Source: Paraspadella gotoi
Lineage: Eukaryota; Animalia; Chaetognatha
Assembly: GCA_051294375.1 (NCBI GenBank)
Contig: CM119268.1
Coordinates: forward strand, 21,596,010-21,660,009
Direction: 5' to 3'
DNA: 64,000 bases
Shown: positions 12,601 to 25,270 of the stretch, in pieces
Numbering within the stretch: the stretch's first letter is position 1
Layout: each line of letters begins with the position of its first letter
Position numbers and translations under genes: made by a program
The notes under the pieces: model-generated
What the model was told of the DNA's origin: nothing
The model's database searches: none
What the model saw: only the letters and a program-made list of their open reading frames with translations

Positions 12601-14340
12601 TCACATCATCATCATTTATTCGTCGCTTCATATGGCGTATTGTCTGTTGCATCTACCGCGTTTCATGAGTCTGGTCTCCTGAGCGAGTCGAGTATATTCC
12701 TCACGTGATTCACTCTGATTTATTCAATACAATCTTGTTTTTTATTCAGAAACAGTGAGGGTTTTTCCTTACCAAGGACTCTGGTCCTCTCTTCGTCTCA
12801 TTTGGCGTACGCAGTAGCAAGTGCGTCAACATAATTTGGGAGAGTATTGGTCATGAGAGAAGTTTGAGATCGTCAGGAGGATGGGGTCAAAGACTTTTGT
12901 ACACCGTTGGGTCTGTCTCTCATACGTATCAATTGTCGAAGGAGATGCCAGTAGTGCACGGCATAGTAGAGCGGAACGACGAGATGATGCTCGAGGAGAC
13001 CGGCGGTGGTTGTAGTTGCCGAGTGGGTATCTCGAGGACGAGAGTAGCAGTGCTCATATGTATGGTCCTGTAGTGATGCGCGGTGGACTGTCATCGTCTG
13101 GGAATCCTGTTGAGTCGGGTCATTCCGATCGTTTCTTATTTGCGCTGTCGCTCACATGCATTGTATGGAATCGTTCTTGATCGTATTCATCGGTGTTCGA
13201 TATGATATACATAAATAGTTGGATTGAGTATGAAGAGAATAAATTGTCGATGCTCATTAAGTTCATATTTTATGTTTAAATTATGAAAATATAGATCGAT
13301 AAATATAAAGTTGCTTTCAGATTTAGTGGGAATGTCGGTGGTTCATAGCCAGATATTATTCTTATAATACTTGATATTTCAGAGCAAAAACAATTGAATT
13401 TAAATTCAACACGATCGTAAAGAATCCGTTTTGTCAATGTCAGATCAGTTTCTAATTAAAATGATTTCAGTTATCGGATTAATTCACGTTGGTTGCAAAT
13501 ATCGAAATCGGACGGCAGTAAGAAGGCAAACAGAGAAAAATCAAGAATATAGATCATTTTTCAGCGTGAGTCAAGATTTCATTGATTCTATATTCGTATA
13601 TTATTTCATCGAGTTTAACTCATTCAAATTCATCAATCAACCACTTATGATCGATTCATCTCTTGGATTGATGTCCTGGTTCCGATTCCTGAAGTGTTGG
13701 CGTGTACCAGAAGCTTTGAAAATGGCATTAATACAATTCATTGTCAATTGGCATGATAAATACAAGCTTAGCCGCGTGAGCGGATGGTCTTATTTCTTAC
13801 TGTAAGAGATGGTATTTGGTCTCTCCTCGTCGTCAGGGTAGGAGTAATGGCTCGTGCGTGTAGGTGAGGCTCACTGCATCTGGACTATGACTTGGTCTCG
13901 CGGAACTCGTTAAGTGAATGCTGCTGCTAATAACAAATTAATAGAGCAAATAATAAAAAGGTCGAATCGTAAAATGTAAATAAAATGTAATAAAAATGTA
14001 AATCAAACAAAAATCCAGCAAAAATCATACAAAAAATCTCCGAAGAAAATAACGGCGTCCGTGGAAAAGTCGTAAGAAAATAGTTGATGTTCCAGAGAAA
14101 ATCGTAAGGAATCGTGATCAAAGTTGGTCTGTCTCTAAAAATGTGATCTAGTGAAACTGTATTTGTCTTGTTTGGTCTGTCCAAGTAAAGTTTGGAGAGA
14201 GAGAGAGAGAGAGAAAGAGGGAGAGGGAGAGAAAGAGTGGAGAAAGAGTCAGGTCAGTCCCTGTCCAGTCGATCGGTCAATCGGTCGAATGGGTCGGATC
14301 TGGCCGTCTCCGTCGGTCTCGGCCTTTTCTCTTCAGTAAT
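9700..14340 (-). mobile_element. Degenerate GC-rich non-LTR retrotransposon (R2/NeSL-like), 3' truncated
   Basis: Abrupt GC-rich block. Minus-strand remnants in the expected order: C2H2-like SLCG..F..SRHVEERH (~11240-11300), then RT-like TIL..PKKG..LF..L.RL, LAVV..AF, GLR..LLF and HVDD (~10430-9830). Heavily frameshifted. Confidence 0.55.
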
Positions 14341-14819
14341 CTTGGAGTTTTTTTTAACTTTCAGTATTATGAGCTACTTCAAATACGAGTTATCCTCAAA
14401 CTATGAAGAAATAAATGTCATATGNNNNNNNNNNNNNNNNNNNNNNNNNNNNNNNNNNNNNNNNNNNNNNNNNNNNNNNNNNNNNNNNNNNNNNNNNNNN
14501 NNNNNNNNNNNNNNNNNNNNNNNNNNNNNNNNNNNNNNNNNNNNNNNNNNNNNNNNNNNNNNNNNNNNNNNNNNNNNNNNNNNNNNNNNNNNNNNNNNNN
14601 NNNNNNNNNNNNNNNNNNNNNNNNNNNNNNNNNNNNNNNNNNNNNNNNNNNNNNNNNNGAATCCAACATTGAATTCCCGAGTCCTCTGGCTTTTGCGATC
14701 TTCTCTCTTAACCCTTGTGACGTTTTGACGTGAACGGAATCGGTTACCTATTAAAATTGTTTATTAAATTAAAAAATGGTAAAACCGAAATATTAAGACT
14801 TATGTATTTATAATCCGCG

Positions 14820-15120
14820 CTAATGGACAGGGGAATCATCGTGCGGTTGGAGTGGTGCTCGGCGTTCCACCCTCATTTTGATAAGCGAATCATAGCTTGG
14901 AGGGAGGTCGAATCGTCCTTCATCACGGTTCAGAGAGGGCTCGAGGGCTTTAATGTATATCGCCTCTCTAATACCTCTAGTGAACCAGTTTTGGTCATAG
15001 AACAGCACGAGTCAGTCGGTCTCTCTAAACAGATGGCCAGAAGATGCGTCACGATAGGGCTTTATGTTCGGTTAGAACCGATCTGAGAGAGATTTTCTGG
15101 TCTCACCCACGTATGCTGCT
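14820..15120 (-). mobile_element. Penelope-like element GIY-YIG endonuclease remnant
   Basis: Minus strand AAYVGETRKSLSDRF, then (after a frameshift) DQNWFTRGIREAIYIKALEPSLNRDEGRFDLP, the typical PLE endonuclease C-terminus. Confidence 0.85.
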
Positions 15121-15393
15121 GAGTTTTCCAATGTCAACCTCAATCTTATAATGCTTTAGCTCACATTCGGCTGAAAGACAGCTAAATATTTTTTTAAAAA
15201 GTTTGTTTATTCTCAATTTTTATATTAACTGATAATATTTGAGGAAAAACACAAATAATTTTTTATTAAATTAAAAACAATTTTAATTCTAATGTGCTGC
15301 GCCGAAGGGATTTATTTACATAAAATATTTATATGAAATATAAGTAGATTAAATGTCTAATGGTTAATCACTTATCCTCAAAGTTTTAATTAG

Positions 15394-16194
15394 ACAAGTT
15401 TGAGCAAACAATGTCGGATATGCCATGATCATTATCAGTAATTAATTAATTAATTATTAAATAATTATTTATTAAATTAATTATTAATTAATTAAAAATT
15501 ATTTATTCAAGTTAATTATTTAATCAATTTAGGCAATTTGATTGGAAATTTTGTTTTGATTGATTAATGACTGATTTATTAATTATTATTAAATTAATTG
15601 ACTAATTGATTAAATTAACTAATTAATTATTTGATTAATTATAACATCTTGTATTTACATTTAAACATAAAAGAAAAAGAAGCATAATCAATTAGTGAAA
15701 CAGGTTCTTTTTTTTTTCATTTAAACTCATTTCCACTCAACGATTCCATCGAAACTTGATTTGCGGTTTAATCACGCACTTTTCTACCCACATACAAATT
15801 TTAAGTCAATCGCCCCTCACACTCATGAGTAATTGGTGTTCAAATAGTAAAATATATTTATTGTTTTTTTTCCATTTAACTCATTTCCACTCGGACCGAT
15901 TCCATCGAAACTTCATATCTAGCTCAAGCACATACTTCCCTACCCCACACACAAAATTTTTTCCAATCCATCCATCGCAATCACGAGTAATTGCGTGTTT
16001 TTTTGCTAAGGTGGGGACGGATGGACGGACGATGGACAGACGGACGGGACATCGTTTTTTTTTGCATAGTTTTCATCATAATTCGATGTTCTCTGACATA
16101 ATATAAGTGAATGCACGACAAGATTGAGGGGGCGGACCGACGGACCGACAAAGTGAATTATAGAGTCGGGAATCTGCTGAAAGCAGATCCGACT
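15394..16194 (-). mobile_element. Same HINE-like family, full length
   Basis: Reverse complement of 19311-20107. Confidence 0.75.
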
Positions 16195-16394
16195 AAAAAT
16201 GTTGACACAATGTTTTAAACATGTTATATCGACACACCAAAAAAAAACTGTATGAACTCATCTTTCCGGTAGTTGTTTTCAAATTAGTCCATTCACCGTA
16301 ACCCATTTGACAGCAGCATTCATTTTGTAAAGTGACAGTAATCGCTTGAGGACACTTTGTAGTATAAGATGTGTACCATTTTTTTACTTTTCAG

Positions 16395-16571
16395 GGTATA
16401 GAATTGAATGGAGAATGGATTTGAAGTACCTGATGTCTTTAATGCGGAAAAGGTGGTGATATGTGGCCAGAGTTGTGGATAAAAACTATGGAAGAATTAC
16501 CCACTATTGCCAGCAAGAATTCTTGCTTCAATTATTCCAGAAACCGAAATATTATATAAAGTTATCTCGCG
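16395..16571 (+). CDS. Next exon of paralog 1 (..ENGFEVPD..WPELWIKTMEE..RILASIIPETEILYKVISR), with apparent frameshifts
   Basis: Homologous to 62561-62732 with the same CG|GTTAAGT donor. 177 vs 172 nt owing to small insertions (sequencing error or pseudogenisation). Confidence 0.8.
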
Positions 16572-17103
16572 GTTAAGTATTTATTGTTCGTGTGTGATTT
16601 GCATGATTTGAGATACTGGGGTAAGAAAAAAATTTTATTTTATTTCTCTTTAAAAATTTATTGGTCTGGTTCGTGATATGAAAATATGAGAAAAGTATGA
16701 GATCAATCAAGGCAACAAGCATACTTACAAAGAAGAAAAACTCAAACACAGTCATTTCAATGAAGCAACAGTTGTAATCGAAAACAACAAAATGGAAACG
16801 ACCCACAACAACAACCCAATGTCTCTTCCAAGTGCAAAGCTTGAGGCTAAAATTCATTCCATTGAGGACCAACTGAGAAAACTTAATACTGAAATGACAA
16901 GCCTTAAAAACTTTAGTTACAAAGAGGAAGAACAAAGAAACCAAGCAGATTCTGTAACAATCATCCCAAAACTGATGGATCTCAAAATCAAACCACCTTC
17001 AATCCATCAAATTCAGAAAGCTTGTATACCAAGCAACATCCGTTCACAAAGCTTAGAAAACACCACATGTTATACAAACAGATAGACATGTTAAATTCCT
17101 CAT

Positions 17104-17715
17104 TAAGGCGTAGTGAAAGTTACATACGAAAATTCTAAAAGTCAATTATGAACAACATACCATCAGTGAACATTAATTTGTAAAAAAATTAATTTTATGT
17201 TTTTTAATTTTTGCAGTAGGCTATATTTATATATAGTACTATCCTTATAAAATTGAAAAATTCCAAAATAGGCTTTTCTTAATTTTGGTTGCAGATTTGA
17301 ATTCCTCATCAAAAGTTGATGAAAGAAAATATAAATCATTTTTAAAAATTCTTTCATTAAGAGGGTTAAAAATTAAAAAAATATATATTTAATATATAAA
17401 AAAATTATTTTCAGCTTAAAATATAGCTTTTTCTAATTTTTGACCAACTTAATAAAAGAATTTTTCAAAAAGAGTTATATTTCTTTCTATCAACTTTTTA
17501 TGACGAATCCAAATCTGCAAAAAAATCTTAGAAAAAACTTTTTTGAAATTTTAACATTTATTGGTTTAGTACAAGTATAAATATGGCCTACTGCATAAAT
17601 TGTAAAATTTATTATAAATGTTTTTATTACACAAATGTTCATTAGTATAATATTGCTCGTTCCTCACTTTTATAATTTTAATTAAAGTTAAATTTAGAAA
17701 TTTTACTACACCTTA
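17104..17715. mobile_element. hAT-type MITE
   Basis: TIRs TAAGGCGTAGTGAAA/TTTTACTACACCTTA and a perfect 8-bp TSD TTCCTCAT (17096-17103, 17716-17723). Confidence 0.88.
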
Positions 17716-19310
17716 TTCCTCATGTCATTATGGCCACTGGAGAATAAAGCATGAAAAAAAATTTAACTGTTTCAATGGAAACTGAAGGATTGATACTAAG
17801 ATCCACTTTTGAAGTAAAAATTCTGCTTCTTCAGAAATTTACCATCTGAAGAAAATGTTCATAACATAGCAATTATCCTAGCTAGAATGTTACAAATTGG
17901 TGGGAAAAAAAGTCAAGTATTTTTCTATTCGTATGAAAAAATTTTATAACCTGGTCGCTTTTCATTTCGATTATATTACAAGTTTTTTCGTATTACTCCA
18001 GATTGAAGTCCCTGTATGTTAGGTTAGCTGTAATAAAAAGTCATTTTCGAAAAAAGCCACCATATAAATTCTGGTTGTGGCATACGACTAGTTTCATGAA
18101 AGGGTTCTTTCTGTTCCAAAAGTCAACTAATGGTTACGCCGTACAAGAGTTGCTATTTAATTCAATGTCAGTACCATTCTTATTACCGTCTTAATTCCTT
18201 CTTCTTAAATTCAGGAACCACGACTTCATAATAGATAATATTCGGGAAGTTAAGAAAAAGATCGAGAAAAGTTTGCACCTATACCCACAGATGACGGAGC
18301 CATCACAGTTAAAAAAAAATTCTGGAAAATCTACCTTCACTACAAACTCCTTGAACATAAATAAGGATAGGAAAAGGTGGAGTTTTTAAAATGAGTGTCA
18401 TCCAAATTATTTACTTAAAATTTACATTTCTGGAGATGCAAGAAAAAGAATTTTAAACTGAGGATGTTAGTAAAATACTATAGTTAAGTCTAAATTTAAA
18501 GATTATCTTTTACAACAAAAGCTTTATCTATGTCATTTAAATCATTCAATAACGAGCTAAATTATGTACTATATATGTACTATGTACTATGTATATATTA
18601 TACTTCTGGTAAATAATGTACCTTTTTATTTTTTATTTTTTAAATTATTTATGGCAGATTGTAAGTAATAATTTAATAATTATTTGAAGCAATGATATTG
18701 CCAATGAAAAAAATATATTTCTGTATGAAGATAATGTGAAATACAATTTATTAGAACAAAATGTTTTCTAATTTATTTTTAATAACAGTGAGAAACATGT
18801 AGTTTGCCCTGTCAATCCATCTCTTGACAATTTTCAATGTGAACGAGACTTCTTGAGGACAATTGGGCCTTATTTTCCCAGAATGTCCCATTTTATCTTA
18901 AATTTGGAATCAGTTTAATTTTTATATTATAAGACTAAGTTAGAGGTAAGTGTTAGGAATTAGGTTAGAAAATAGATTAGTGATTAAGGTTAGGGAATTA
19001 GTTTGTGATTAGGATTAGAGATTTGGGTAAAGAACTAATATTTAGAGTTATAGGTAAGGGTTAAAAATTAGAGATAAGGGTTTAGGGTAGATTCCTCCAT
19101 AAATTTTTAAATATGTCAGAACGTTTTATTCTTTTTTCCACTATTTTTTTGACACGCTAAACGTTTCTCTGATTATGCAAAATATCATGTAAGAAATAAG
19201 AAAATAATAGAATCAATAGCTAGTGTTGTTTCGAATAGATGGAAAAAAGTGGGGTAACTAAGGCTTACCAATGGCGTCCTCCACGTCGATCGTTCTCTTA
19301 AATAATTTTT

Positions 19311-20107
19311 AGTCGGATCTGCTTTCAGCAGATCCCGACTCTATAATTCACTTTGTCAGTCCGTCGGTCCACCCCCTCAATATTATCGGGCACTCACTTA
19401 TATCATGTCAGAACATTGAATTATGATAAATTATGCAAAAAAATGATATCAGTCCTTCCTTCCATCCGTCCGTCCATCCCACCTCAGCAAAAAACACCAA
19501 TTACTCGTGATTGGATGGATGGATTGGAATGAAATTTTGTGTGTGGGTAGGGAAGTGTGTGATTGAGCTGTATATGAAGTTTCGATGGAATCATCCAAGT
19601 GGAAATGAGTTTAAATGGAAAAAATAAAAAAAATTATATCACTATTTGAACATCAATTACTCATGAGTGGATGGGGCGATAGAATTGAAATTTTGTTTTT
19701 GGGTAGAAAAGTGTGTGATTAAACTGGAAATCAAGTTTCGATGAAATCGATTGAGTGGAAATGAGTTTAAATGGAAAAAACAAATAACCTATTTCACAAT
19801 TTGATTATGCTTCTTTTCTTTTTATTTTAAATTTAAATTAAATGCAAGATGTATTAATTAATCAAATAATTAATCAGTTAATTAATCAATTAGTCAATTA
19901 ATTATATAATTAATTAATCAGTCAATTAATCAATCAAAACAAACATTTCTGATCAAATTAAGTAATTAATTGCCTAATTAATTAAATAATTAACTTGAAT
20001 AAATTAATATTAATTAATTAAATAATTAATTAACTTGAATTAATTATTAATTAATTAATTACCGATAATGATCGTGCGGCAGATCCGACATTGTTTGCTC
20101 AAACTTG
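19311..20107 (+). mobile_element. DINE-1/HINE-like non-autonomous Helentron element, full length
   Basis: Subterminal inverted repeats GTCGGATCTG/CAGATCCGAC, 5' hairpin, (GTCC)n tract, TAAT-rich block, 3' GTTTG-CT-CAAAC hairpin, T-rich flanks, no TSD. Confidence 0.75.
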
Positions 20108-22013
20108 TTTTTATTTAATACATTTGAAAGGGAAAAAAAGAAAATTCAGAAAGGGTACAGATAATCTGAACATGACTACTGACATAGATCATACTTTATA
20201 TCGTAATTAGTAGTAAAATGAAGGCAGTAAAGAAATCTAAAAATCGATCATTAAGTCAGTCAAAAAACCCTTTCCAATGGGCTATTTCGCTAAATCTTTT
20301 TCTTAATTAAAATGGATGATAAATAATAAAATTAAATTCCTTGTAAAAAGGTTGTTATATTTAAAGAAAATTATCAATACAATTTAACGCAATCATGTCT
20401 TGCTTTGTCAAATATGTTCGCAAGCTATGTATTTTTTAAAATTTTATTATGATAAACAAGCAGTATGTCAAGCTTTTTGTTTTCAGTTGAAAATAATGAA
20501 AAATGACGATTATTCTTTCACAGACAAGAAGGTAGACGTCCAGACTGTTTATATCAAGCTGAAAACATTTTTATTTTTTATAATTTTTCATATTTAAAAA
20601 GACATTTTATCAAGCTACTACATAATTTTTTTTTCGTTTTTTACTTTAACTAAAAAATACAAGCAAATTTGTGGAGTAGAGTAAATTTAATTGTAAATAA
20701 AATGTAATTCAGTCTTTCCTTTTTCAAATTACAAAAGGAAAATAAAAAAATTCATATGCCCTCATTGAAATTTTTAATACAAAAACTGTTATACTTTTTT
20801 AGACAAAAGTTGTGTAAATAATTATGGATAAAATTTAATAAAACTATATTAGAAAGATGTCCCATGATTAGGGCTTTAATTTGATACCACAACCCCCTTG
20901 CTATCTTTTTTCTTTCAAAAGTTATTATTATTATTTTACTATTAAAAAACTAAGGATTTTAACCACGCAGAACAAATCTTTGTTAATAATAAATTTCGGT
21001 AATATCTCACTTAATCTTATTGGCACAATACTTAAATTTTAATATAAAACTTAAAGAAGATTTTTTCGTCATCTAGAGACATATCACTTTCAGTTGTACC
21101 CATTGTATAATTCATTTATAGTAAAAGCTTGAAGAAATCAGCAAAACGGTTTCTCTTTTTTTTAATAGTTAGTACTAGCGCGTCAGAAATCTTTAGAGAA
21201 ACTCGAAAATTTTATTCTGATAAATTTTTCATTTCAAGGCGAACTATTGTAGGAATTTTAAAACGGTTTTTTGTAATATTGGCATTATCCTCCAGGGACT
21301 GGCATAAAAATATATAAAAAAATAAATTAAAATTAGCTCTCTTATGAAGTATCTATTTAGGGTTATGGTTTACACTTAGGTTAAGGTTAGGGATCGGTTT
21401 ATAAGTTTAAGAACATAGTTAAGTTCAATATTAAAGTTAAAATTAAATTCAAGGACAAAAGATCAGAAATGGGGCATTTTTGGAAAAAGAGCAGTCTTGG
21501 AATTGGCGCCACTCCAGGATGACGCAGTTTGAAGAAAACTGCGATTCTTGTAACCAGAAATGATCTCTCGGCCACGAAAAGTGCTTAATGAAGACAAAGG
21601 AGCAATCGTGAAAATGGATGTGTGGAAGGAGGGGGTCGAAGCGCTCTCTCTCTCTCCCTCTCTATCTCTCTTTCCCCGTCTCTCTGTATTGCATACGATA
21701 AAAGCCATACTTGTTAATATTTTTCAGTTGTAATTTCTGAACATGACAGTGTTTTGTCTTATTTTCAATTCACCTGATTTTAAGCTTAAGCAAGGTAAGT
21801 AAAACAAAATTTTAAGAAGATTTTAACAAATATGCTTAAATCGTCAAATACATGATGTATTTCTTACTGTTTTGACCCTTTTATGTATTCAGAAATCTTA
21901 CATGAATAATTTAGTTATCTGACTTGATGCGATAATCCTTTCTTTTCGTTGTTTATTGGTATTAGAGAAAGCAAAGAATTTTGAAATTTTAACAACGATT
22001 TTTAATTAAAAGT

Positions 22014-22054
22014 TGGACATGTTTCGGCTTGTTTACTTCAAGCCTTCATCAGCA
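22014..22054 (-). ncRNA. Minimal type I hammerhead ribozyme in a Penelope-like pLTR fragment (~21945-22260)
   Basis: Minus strand tg-CTGATGA-A-GGCTTG-aagtaaa-CAAGCC-GAAAC-AT-GTC-ca. Confidence 0.88.
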
Positions 22055-23286
22055 TATGACATTCAATAATAAATTTTGTGTAAAAGAAGAGTGTGAGAGA
22101 GAGAGAGAAAGAGAGAGAGAGGGTAAAAGTTTTTCCAACAAAGTGGTGAGACAGAATAGGGAAGAAGAAATTCTGAAGAAAAAAATCCGAAATTTAATAA
22201 AACGGTAAAGAAAATTCCGAAATATTTTTGTTTACTCGATTGCGAAAAATATACCCCGTTTTATGCTTGATTGCCAAACATTGAAACCGCACGGAGAAAA
22301 AAGAGCAGTTGTTTTTGCTGCATTAAAAAAGCATTATATCAAAGAATTTAAAAACAATTAATATATCGCCTAAAATCTCAGATTTTAAAAATCTTTAAAA
22401 ATTTTGGAGTAATGATTTTTTAAAATTTTGTTTCGATCTAGTATGGTCCCACCCCTGTAAATATTTTTTACTTAAGCAAATTTCTCTGGCTTGAAATAAG
22501 AACCAGAATGGCAACGGGGAGACATGTGTGATGACGCGGGTGTGATTCACCTCCCGACAGCTGGCGATCAGGGCTTTGAGCCAGCAGTGACCAGACACGT
22601 CACTGACCACCCAAGTTCACTGGCATGTTTATACCGACACCATAAAACTTTAGGAAGTGATTTTGATTCGGGTATTTTTATCTCGCCAGATGGGCTTAAG
22701 CCCATCCTGGCTAGATTTTGTTTGGGGTCGGCTTCTTTGTGATGTCGTCTGCGTCTTTTTCGTCGGCATCACGCTTTTTTCTTATATAGTTTTGTCTGGG
22801 CTTACAATTTTTTTTTATTAAAAACTACTACGAATTACGATGGATTTTTATAAAAGTGTGCAATCATAGTAAGTTAAAAAATTTAAATATGGCTTCTCAT
22901 CTTTAAGATCTTGGCAATTGTCATATTTCATATAGAATCAAGTATTTTTAGTTTAAATTTCTTTCACATTATAATTTACTGCAATATGTAAATTGGATTA
23001 TAATACTCTATATACTAATTTTCATATTTATAGAATGTAATTTGCATATTGCAGTAAATCATAATGAGAAAGAAATTCAAACAAAAATACTTGAATCAAT
23101 AAGAAACGTGATTTTAAAATACTTTTTTTATGGGAAGCTATATCTAAATTTTATTATAAATAAAAATACACACTTTTACAACTTCCAATTAAAAAAAATT
23201 TTAAATATTTCCTATTGTAAACCGAGGTAAAGAAGATAAGAAGGACCCAGTAAAAATTTTTGCTCAAACGATCTTGGCGTTCAAAT

Positions 23287-23596
23287 TAGAGATTCCTTAA
23301 CCGTTAAAAATTAACCGATAATAACGTTTAAAATTTTTTTTAACTTAACCATTATTTTTTTTATTTTAACGGTTAAATTTTATTTAGAGATTTTTAAGAT
23401 AGCTATTAAATTTAAAAATAGATAGAATCTCATAATCGCTATCATTGAGATTTCTATTATAATCCAGTGTCTTCCTTTGCTTTATTAGTGCATCCTATAT
23501 ATTGAAATAAGATTCGAATACAAAGTTTTAATTGTTTTCCTTCTTTTTTAACGGTTAACCGATGTTGTAGAAAAATTAACGGTTAAGGAAACACTT
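23287..23596. mobile_element. Short MITE, probably hAT-derived
   Basis: TIR-like ttccttaaccgttaa/ttaacggttaaggaa with internal AACCG/CGGTT motifs. Confidence 0.55.
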
Positions 23597-23789
23597 CAAA
23601 TCTCAAGACAAAAGTCAAAATGAACAAAAATTGACATAATTTTTTTATTAAAAGTAGCAAAAATGATATTGATTCTTGTATTGATTAGAAAATGCAGCAG
23701 ATGATTTCAATTGATCCGTAGTCCAGCCCACTTTGTTCAAATTTAATCAATTTTTAAGCAATATTGCATGTTAGACACAAACATTCCCT

Positions 23790-23833
23790 GATGCTGATGA
23801 AGGCTTGTACATTAAAGCCGAAACATGTTCGTC
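23790..23833 (+). ncRNA. Minimal hammerhead ribozyme (duplicate at ~34970-35012)
   Basis: gatg-CTGATGA-A-GGCTT-gtacatta-AAGCC-GAAAC-AT-GTT-cgtc, followed by AATAAA. Confidence 0.82.
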
Positions 23834-25039
23834 TAAACTGTAATAAAAATCGTTGTTGAAACAAATTAAAAACGTCTTCTAGCAATATTGCAAAAAGTAG
23901 TTTTTTCGCTGAATTCCTCGATAGAAGTTACTTCCTTTAACCAGCGTAATGGTGAGGGGATTGAACGGTTGGTTTACTAGTAGTTAGCTGTCCCAGCCAA
24001 AGGAACGAGCTGAGTTTTACCAAGCTTTACGTAAGGTGAGTTTAGCATTCGCCACACCAGCAAAATTATTTGAATGGTTTATGAAAAAAGTATTCAGTAC
24101 TGTATTTAGCGATGTTTCCTAAATATCTAATCTCAATTTCCCTGTCAATTCATAGACTGGAAATAATATTGAATTGCCCTCATCTCTTTTTTTGTCACAC
24201 ATCTAACATACAGCAAATGACATCCACACAGCCATCTATGCGCCTAAGTAACACTAGATAAAAGACTAAAGAGTTGATGGCAAAGAAATTAAACCTTATT
24301 GCAAAAAATTATGTTTAGGAATTAAAATAAAATTTGAAAATTAAAAAATCGATTTATTCATTGACTTGAAGGTAAGCTTGTTGGACTTATAAAGAAAATC
24401 ATTAGTGTTGAGCAAGTTTGAGCAAGTTTGAGCAAACAATTCGGGACCTTCTTACAATCATTAGCTGTAATTAATTAATTATTTTAGGTCTTTTAGCCGG
24501 ATCTTTTTATTGCGGTAAATCACTTACATCATATCAGAACATCAAATTATGCAAAAAAAAGCACAATTTATCATAATTTGATGTTCTGACATGATCTAAG
24601 TGACTTACTGACAAGATTTTGGGGTGGGACTGATGGACGGACAAAGTGAATCGTAGAGCGTAGATCCGAATAAAAAAAAAATATTGCAGTCAAATAAGAC
24701 ACATTATAATAATTTAAAGCAAGTAGTTTTAAAACTGTCTTTTAACTAAAGACCGTATTTAAAAATGGGCTTCAACAAAGATGCAGATGCAGATGCAAAG
24801 ATGGTATTATGTTATTATAATACAGCAGTACTCATCAGGTTGAGTCTTTCTCATAAATAAGAATAAAATTATTTTTAAACATTTTATTTAATATAAACCT
24901 CTTATTAAAGCCTGGGTCTTATACCGTTTAGTGATTTAGTATTTCTTTTTTAACTTTTTTGCCCTGACCCCCTCTGCTTTATGGAGAGTTTCTACAAGCT
25001 ATACTTTCTTCCTGTCTACTCTCTAATTTAAACTCATTT

Positions 25040-25270
25040 TTAGTTACACCGCGAGTACTCGCGGAGCAACTCTTTAAGTCACTTTTCGGTCAGTCCATCT
25101 GTCGCTATGTCAGTCGGTTGGTCTGTCCCACTTAACGTTAAAAATGCATATAATTTGCCTATAGTTGGTTGCTCATTTGTTAAGACAGGAAAAAACCTCA
25201 AATCTATAGGACTGCTAGCGCCATCTTCTGGAAATAAAAGACAAAAGACAAAATTCCGATGCAGTGCTTG
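25040..25270 (+). mobile_element. Second HINE-like family (copies at ~36222-36450, ~45720-45800 minus, ~47710-47790, ~57740-57920)
   Basis: 5' palindrome CCGCGAGTACTCGCGG followed by gcaactct..aagtcacttttc and GTCY repeats, recurring at five places. Confidence 0.55.

Noticed and set aside
16792-17085. 97-aa coiled-coil-like ORF
   Set aside because: No recognisable motif or splice context; possibly a TE fragment, but unsupported.
18789-18918. Candidate terminal exon of paralog 1
   Set aside because: Open in the required phase but lacks the N..W motif expected at the end of a PDE domain and has no counterpart after 62732.
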